Shown: positions 58,449-64,000 of the stretch, piece by piece
How the letters are laid out: every line of letters starts with the position of its first letter
Position numbering within the stretch: the stretch's first letter is position 1
NCBI GenBank assembly: GCA_031390175.1
Contig: JANMTF010000195.1
Coordinates: 12,941 to 76,940 of the forward strand
Source: Polaromonas sp.
Lineage (GTDB): Bacteria > Pseudomonadota > Gammaproteobacteria > Burkholderiales > Burkholderiaceae_C
Length of the DNA stretch: 64,000 nucleotides
Reading direction: 5' to 3'
The notes under the pieces: model-generated
The model's database searches: none
The model's input: the letters and a program-made list of their open reading frames with translations, nothing else
What the model was told of the DNA's origin: nothing
Program-made: the position numbers and the translations under genes

Positions 58449-60496
58449 CGCGGGCTGGTACCGCAAGCATCGCAGCCAAGCCACTTTGGTTAACCCACAT
58501 CTGGCCCACGCGCAGGCGAGTACTATGGGCCCTATTGGTCGTCTTGGTGGTGGCTTTGTTGGTGCTCTTGGTGTGGTTGGCCGGGCGCTACGAGGCCAGC
58601 CAAGTGCAAGCGCGCCTGGAGCGTGACGCTACCGAGGCCGCCAGTGACATACGCGTAGCCCTGACCCGCAATGTGCAAAGCTTGCAGGCGCTTCAGGCGG
58701 CGCAGTCTGAGCCCAATGCCTGGGCCCAGGAAGCCACCGCCATACTGCGCGGGCACCGAGAGCTGGTGCGCATTGAATGGCGCGACTTGCAGTTCAATGT
58801 CCGCACAGAGGCGAACTCGCCATTCCAAAAACCCTTGTTCAACCAACTGGCCCGAAGCAGCTCGCAAAGTGAACTCCAACTGGCCTGTAGTTTGGCCCGT
58901 CGCTTGAGTGGTCCGGCCTATTCCAGCAGCCATTTTGTGCCACAGCCTGATGGCTTGGGGCTAGAGCTGATCGAGCTGTGCATGCCGCTGACCATGGCCG
59001 GTCAAAACAGCGGCTACTTGGTGGCCACCTATGCGCTGCAAAGCATATTGACCGAACTGATTGGCAAGCAACTCACCCGGGGGCAGGAGGTGTCGTTTAC
59101 CGAAGCCGATGGCACACGCTTGGCTATTCACGGCACTACGCTGCGCGGCAGCCGTGTATTTACCGCCCAGCAACTGCTGGATTTGCCTGGCAACACATTG
59201 GTAGTGCGTATGGACAGCTGGCGCGGCGCGCCCGCCCTGTTCCCCAATGTGTTGACGGCTTTGGTCACCCTAATGGCCGTGGCGTTGGTATGTGTATTGG
59301 TACTGCTGGGCAAAGACATCAGCAAACGCCTGCGCGCGGAGCGCGAACTGGCAGAAGCTTTGGCATTTCGCAAAGCCATGGAAGACTCTCTCGTCACCGG
59401 CATGCGCGCGCGCGACTTGCAAGGCCGCATTACCTACGTGAACCCAGCCCTGTGCCAAATGACGGGCTATTCCGCCGCTGAGCTGGTGGGTATTACGTCG
59501 CCCATGCCGTATTGGCCGCCCGAGCTGGCCAACGAATATGAGCAACGCCAGGCTGTGCGCTTGGCTGACAACCGGCCCTCACGCCAGGGCTACGAGTCGG
59601 TGTTTGTGCGCGAAGATGGCACGCGGTTTCCGGTGCTGATTATTGAGGCTCCTCTGATCAATGCCCTGGGCACGCAAACTGGCTGGATGAGCGCCATCCT
59701 GGACATGACCGACCAGCGGCGCATGGAAGAACTCTCGCGCGCAAGCCTGGAGCGGCTGCAGGCCAGCGCCCGCTTGGCTACGGTGGGCGAGATGGCCTCC
59801 CTGCTCAGCCATGAGCTGAACCAGCCTCTGGCGGCCATCTCCAGCTACGCCACTGGCTCGCTCAACATGCTGCAAGCGCACGCCGCTTTGAGCCCGCAGG
59901 ATATGGAGCACGCCATGCGCCGTATCGGCGAGCAGGCCGAACGAGCCGGCAAAGTGATCAAATCTGTCCACAACTTTGTGCGCCGCCGTGACCAAGCCCA
60001 CGAGAAAATCGCGCCCAGCGCCTTGCTCGACGCCATCATGCCTCTGGTGAGCCTGCAAGCGCGCAAGCTGGGCGTGCGGGTGCAGGTGCAGTGCGCGCCC
60101 GATCTGGCAGCCGTGCTGTGTGACCGCACGATGGTGGAGCAAGTGCTGCTGAACCTGGCGCGCAATGCCATGCAAGCCATGGAGCATGTGCCGATAGATC
60201 AGCGCATACTGGGGCTAGAAGTTCGGGCCACTATGCGCTTGAGCGCCCAGCTGGACGACACCCAAACCAGCCGTCGTTGGATGGAATTTACCGTGACCGA
60301 TTGCGGCGGGGGTATCGATGCCGCGACGGCAGAGCGTTTGTTTACCCCGTTTTTTACTACCAAAAAGGAAGGCATGGGCTTGGGTCTGAGCATGTGCCGC
60401 ACTGTGGTGGAACAACACGGCGGCTTTCTCGCCTACGAGCCGCGCAAGCCACGCGGGACTATGTTTAAATTCACCCTACCTACTCATAAAATCTAG
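58445..60496 (+). CDS. Sensor histidine kinase (periplasmic sensor, PAS, HisKA, HATPase_c)
   Basis: Two TM segments and a PAS region (ITYVNPALCQMTGYSAAELVG). H-box LLSHELNQPLAAI and HATPase_c boxes NLARNAMQAM...DCGGGI...GMGLGLS are present. It shares an ATGA overlap with the upstream gene. Confidence 0.88.
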   Translation: MTRAGTASIAAKPLWLTHIWPTRRRVLWALLVVLVVALLVLLVWLAGRYEASQVQARLERDATEAASDIRVALTRNVQSLQALQAAQSEPNAWAQEATAILRGHRELVRIEWRDLQFNVRTEANSPFQKPLFNQLARSSSQSELQLACSLARRLSGPAYSSSHFVPQPDGLGLELIELCMPLTMAGQNSGYLVATYALQSILTELIGKQLTRGQEVSFTEADGTRLAIHGTTLRGSRVFTAQQLLDLPGNTLVVRMDSWRGAPALFPNVLTALVTLMAVALVCVLVLLGKDISKRLRAERELAEALAFRKAMEDSLVTGMRARDLQGRITYVNPALCQMTGYSAAELVGITSPMPYWPPELANEYEQRQAVRLADNRPSRQGYESVFVREDGTRFPVLIIEAPLINALGTQTGWMSAILDMTDQRRMEELSRASLERLQASARLATVGEMASLLSHELNQPLAAISSYATGSLNMLQAHAALSPQDMEHAMRRIGEQAERAGKVIKSVHNFVRRRDQAHEKIAPSALLDAIMPLVSLQARKLGVRVQVQCAPDLAAVLCDRTMVEQVLLNLARNAMQAMEHVPIDQRILGLEVRATMRLSAQLDDTQTSRRWMEFTVTDCGGGIDAATAERLFTPFFTTKKEGMGLGLSMCRTVVEQHGGFLAYEPRKPRGTMFKFTLPTHKI

Positions 60497-60502
60497 CGCA
60501 CT

Positions 60503-61129
60503 ATGCAACCCATCCAAGATGCCACTGTTTATATCGTAGACGACGATACCGGCGTGCGCGATGCGCTGGCTTGGTTGCTACGCTCGCGCCGCCTTCCGCA
60601 TGAGTCGTTTGACAGTGCCGAGGCGTTTTGGGCTAACGTGGCGCAAAACTACAATCCCCGCCAAGCCAGCTGCCTGCTGCTGGACGTGCGCATGCCCGGC
60701 ATGAGCGGGCTAGCCCTGTTTGAGCAACTGCAAACCAAGCCATGGGCCGCAGCGCTACCGGTGATCTTTCTCACCGGCCATGCCGATGTACCGACTGCGG
60801 TCGATGCCGTCAAACGGGGTGCGTTTGATTTTTATGAAAAACCGTTTTCAGACAACGCCCTGGTAGACCGCATAGAGCAAGCACTGGCCGTGAGCGCCAC
60901 CGTCGTGCAAGCTACCAAAGCCCACGACAGCCTGCGCCACCGCCACGACGAGCTGACCGAACGCGAGCGCGATGTGATGCGCCTGGTAACCGACGGTCTG
61001 CCCAACAAACTGATCGCCGATCAGCTCGACATCAGTGTGCGCACCGTGGAGGTGCACCGTGCCCGGGTGTTCGACAAAATGGGCGTGAAGTCTGCAGTTG
61101 AGTTGGCTAATTTGCTACGTAATTTATAG
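60503..61129 (+). CDS. FixJ/NarL-family response regulator (REC + LuxR HTH)
   Basis: VYIVDDD...LLLDVRMPGMSG...FYEKPF, followed by LTERERDVMRLVTDGLPNKLIADQLDISVRTVEVHRARVFDKMG. Confidence 0.9.
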   Translation: MQPIQDATVYIVDDDTGVRDALAWLLRSRRLPHESFDSAEAFWANVAQNYNPRQASCLLLDVRMPGMSGLALFEQLQTKPWAAALPVIFLTGHADVPTAVDAVKRGAFDFYEKPFSDNALVDRIEQALAVSATVVQATKAHDSLRHRHDELTERERDVMRLVTDGLPNKLIADQLDISVRTVEVHRARVFDKMGVKSAVELANLLRNL

Positions 61130-61179
61130 CTGCTCCCGCAATATTTTATTGGGCTAGAGCCGGATTTTGCTAAAAATAG
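61121..61179 (+). repeat. Family-1 dispersed element copy overlapping the response-regulator stop codon
   Basis: AATTTATAGCTGCTCCCGCAATATTTTATTGGGCTAGAGCCGGATTTTGCTAAAAATAG. The TAG stop at 61127-61129 is the first three bases of the core. Confidence 0.85.
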
Positions 61180-61223
61180 TTGCCTGAGATTGCGTGCGAT
61201 CGATGCGCCTGTGTTTTGTACTA

Positions 61224-61508
61224 GAGCTGGCCGACGGCGTACTCTTTGTCTTGTACGGGAGCAGGCCGACGGTGTACTCAGCTCCGCGGCTGTCCCCCGT
61301 GGCGGCCTAGGGCCGCTGCCTCCTCCTTTATGCCGCTACGCTGAGTACACCGCCGACCAGCTCTTGTGACCATGGTGGCGATCCACCGTTATGCCCCAAC
61401 CATTCCCTGACGCAGCTCTGGCACTTGGTGTGCACAGCGCAGCGGCATAAAAGAGGAGGCCGCAGGCCGGGGGACAGCCGCGCAGCTGTGCACACCCAGT
61501 GCCAGAGC
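61224..61508. repeat. Cluster of three interleaved inverted-repeat pairs in the convergent intergenic region
   Basis: Pair A is 61261-61282 with 61340-61363 (GGTGTACTCAGC / GCTGAGTACACC). Pair B is 61286-61337 with 61441-61481 (GCGGCTGTCCCCCG...TTTATGCCGCT / AGCGGCATAAA...CGGGGGACAGCCGC). Pair C is 61413-61440 with 61480-61508 (CTCTGGCACTTGGTGTGCACAGC / GCTGTGCACACCCAGTGCCAGAG). Confidence 0.8.
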
Positions 61509-61545
61509 GAGCACAGAACCGAGCACAGACCGATCTGATCGTCGA

Positions 61546-62577
<1,032 letters not shown>

Positions 62578-63207
62578 TTACGGGCGGCAGCCGAGTTGGC
62601 CAGATTTGCTGTCGGCAAAATACTTAAGCTTCTCCAGACACATGATTTCTTCTTTAGGCACCTTGGTTTTAGGCGCAGCCTTGCAGGTGAAAGAGCCATT
62701 GGCTTTGACACTGGCTTTGCTCAGGGTCCAGCCTTTAGGGCACAGATCCGAGCTTTCCTGCGCTTTAGCCGGTGCGTCCGAGGCGGTTGGAGCGGCGGCG
62801 GCTACAGCGGGAGCCGCTGGCGCTACGGATACAGCGGGCGCTGCGGCTACGGCAGCAGCAGCTACGGTCACCACCACTTTTTGGTTTTTGCCATTGCATT
62901 TCAATACCGAGCCAACGCGCTTTGGTTCAGCCACAATGGTGTAGGTCCCTGGTTTGGCGTATTGGTGTGATGCGACCGTTGGCACATCTTGGGCTTGGTT
63001 AATCTTGCTTTCCAGCACCGCGCCGTCTCCCCAGACAATGTGCAACCCACAGTTGATAGTTTGCGCCACATCAATGCCTACGGTGGCTTGCACCGCTTCG
63101 CCCACTTTGACTTGCGTAGGCACCACTTTAAGGCTGCTGACGGTTTGCGCTGACAGGCTGGTGGCCCATACGGCCGCTACTGCTGCCAAAAATCGAACTG
63201 CTTTCAT
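62578..63207 (-). CDS. Secreted protein with PKD-like N-terminal domain, poly-Ala/Pro linker and Cys-containing C-terminal domain
   Basis: Signal peptide MKAVRFLAAVAAVWATSLSA. HQYAKPGTYTIV resembles the PKD H.Y...G.Y motif. The linker reads AAAAVAAAPAVSVAPAAPAVAAAAP. Confidence 0.65.
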   Translation of the reverse strand: MKAVRFLAAVAAVWATSLSAQTVSSLKVVPTQVKVGEAVQATVGIDVAQTINCGLHIVWGDGAVLESKINQAQDVPTVASHQYAKPGTYTIVAEPKRVGSVLKCNGKNQKVVVTVAAAAVAAAPAVSVAPAAPAVAAAAPTASDAPAKAQESSDLCPKGWTLSKASVKANGSFTCKAAPKTKVPKEEIMCLEKLKYFADSKSGQLGCRP

Positions 63208-63232
63208 ACTGATCTCCTGTTAAAAATTAAAA

Positions 63233-64000
63233 TTAACGGCGCTGCAAAGCTGCTTGCACAGTTGCTGCGACGTTCTCGGGGGTGAAACCAAAATGCGTGA
63301 ACAGCACGGGCGCGGGGGCCGACTCGCCATAGCTGTCGATACCGACCACTGCGGCGCAGCCGTACTTCCACCAGCCATCGGTGCTGCCCATCTCTACCGC
63401 AACGCGCGGGATGCCTGCCGGCAACACTTGCTTTTTGTAAGCCACGCTTTGTTTGTCGAAAGTGGTGGTGCTGGGCATGGAAACTACACGCACAGCTATT
63501 TTCTTGGTGGCCAAGAGTTCTTGCGCCTTTAGGGCCAATTGCACTTCCGAGCCGGTGGCGATGATGATGACTTGGGGCTTTTTGTTGATGCCGACTTCTT
63601 GCGGCTCGGCCAGCACGTAAGCGCCTTTGCTGATGTTGTCCAGGCCGCTTGCGTCGGGCGCGGCATTTGAATCAGCCTTGGGTGCGTAGGGCAGGTTTTG
63701 ACGTGACAGCAACAGCGCTGTAGGCTTGTTTTTGTTTTGCAGTGCAACGGCCCAAGCCACCGCGGTTTCTGCGGTATCAGCCGGACGCCACACGTCCAAG
63801 TTAGGGATCAAACGCAGCGAGGCCGCGTGCTCGATCGACTGGTGCGTGGGGCCGTCTTCACCCAAGCCAATACTGTCGTGGGTAAACACATGGATCACAC
63901 GCTTTTTCATCAGCGCGGCCATGCGGATGGCGTTGCGGCTGTAATCGCTGAAGGTAAGGAAGGTGCCGCCGTAGGGGATAAAGCCACCGTGCAGGGTAAT
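63233..64000 (-). CDS. tkt: Transketolase, C-terminal part; gene runs off the window end
   Basis: The frame is open to position 64000 (ITLHGGFIPYGGTFLTFSDYSRNAIRMAALMKKRVIHVFTHDSIGLGEDGPTHQSIEH), followed by the C-terminal domain. Confidence 0.92.
   Translation of the reverse strand: MTLHGGFIPYGGTFLTFSDYSRNAIRMAALMKKRVIHVFTHDSIGLGEDGPTHQSIEHAASLRLIPNLDVWRPADTAETAVAWAVALQNKNKPTALLLSRQNLPYAPKADSNAAPDASGLDNISKGAYVLAEPQEVGINKKPQVIIIATGSEVQLALKAQELLATKKIAVRVVSMPSTTTFDKQSVAYKKQVLPAGIPRVAVEMGSTDGWWKYGCAAVVGIDSYGESAPAPVLFTHFGFTPENVAATVQAALQRR

Overview
This window reads as a Betaproteobacteria chromosome segment, Burkholderiales/Comamonadaceae-like by gene content and order (inference), roughly 60% GC by eye. 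Most of it is conserved housekeeping. In order: tsaC-purK-purE, a thioredoxin-TPR protein, apt, an RRM RNA-binding protein, an ECF sigma/anti-sigma pair, xth, pyrE, gatCAB, mreBCD-mrdA, topB, a SET-domain gene, birA, two two-component systems, dadA, phoX, recQ, gst, a TerC gene with a yybP-ykoY riboswitch leader, an M48 protease, moaC, glnE, a YhdP-like giant protein, and gap with a partial tkt. I found no rRNA, tRNA, CRISPR array, transposase or integrase.

Two regions look accessory:
- About 3.6-9.3 kb holds a small-protein / phage-tail-collar / collagen-like-lipoprotein / micro-ORF cluster. It is bounded by copies of a ~0.6-0.7 kb foldback repeat and includes an antitoxin remnant.
- About 36.3-39.4 kb holds an arsR-arsI-arsC-aquaporin operon plus vapBC, and it shows several signs of decay. 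arsC and the aquaporin each carry one in-frame TAG, at positions where I recall Trp in homologues. vapC has no canonical start codon upstream of its catalytic Asp.

The most unusual signal is repeat biology:
- Family 1 is a ~35-50 bp imperfect palindrome (core TAGCTGCTCCCGCAATATTCTATTGGGCTAGAG) with at least 15 copies in 64 kb. Some copies lie in frame inside CDSs, and others overlap a start or stop codon.
- Family 2 is an ~86-93 bp element. It is tandemly duplicated across the mrdA start codon and also occurs as an in-frame 93 bp block inside topB.
- Interleaved inverted repeats lie downstream of gap.

All family assignments come from reading the translations. No database search was run.
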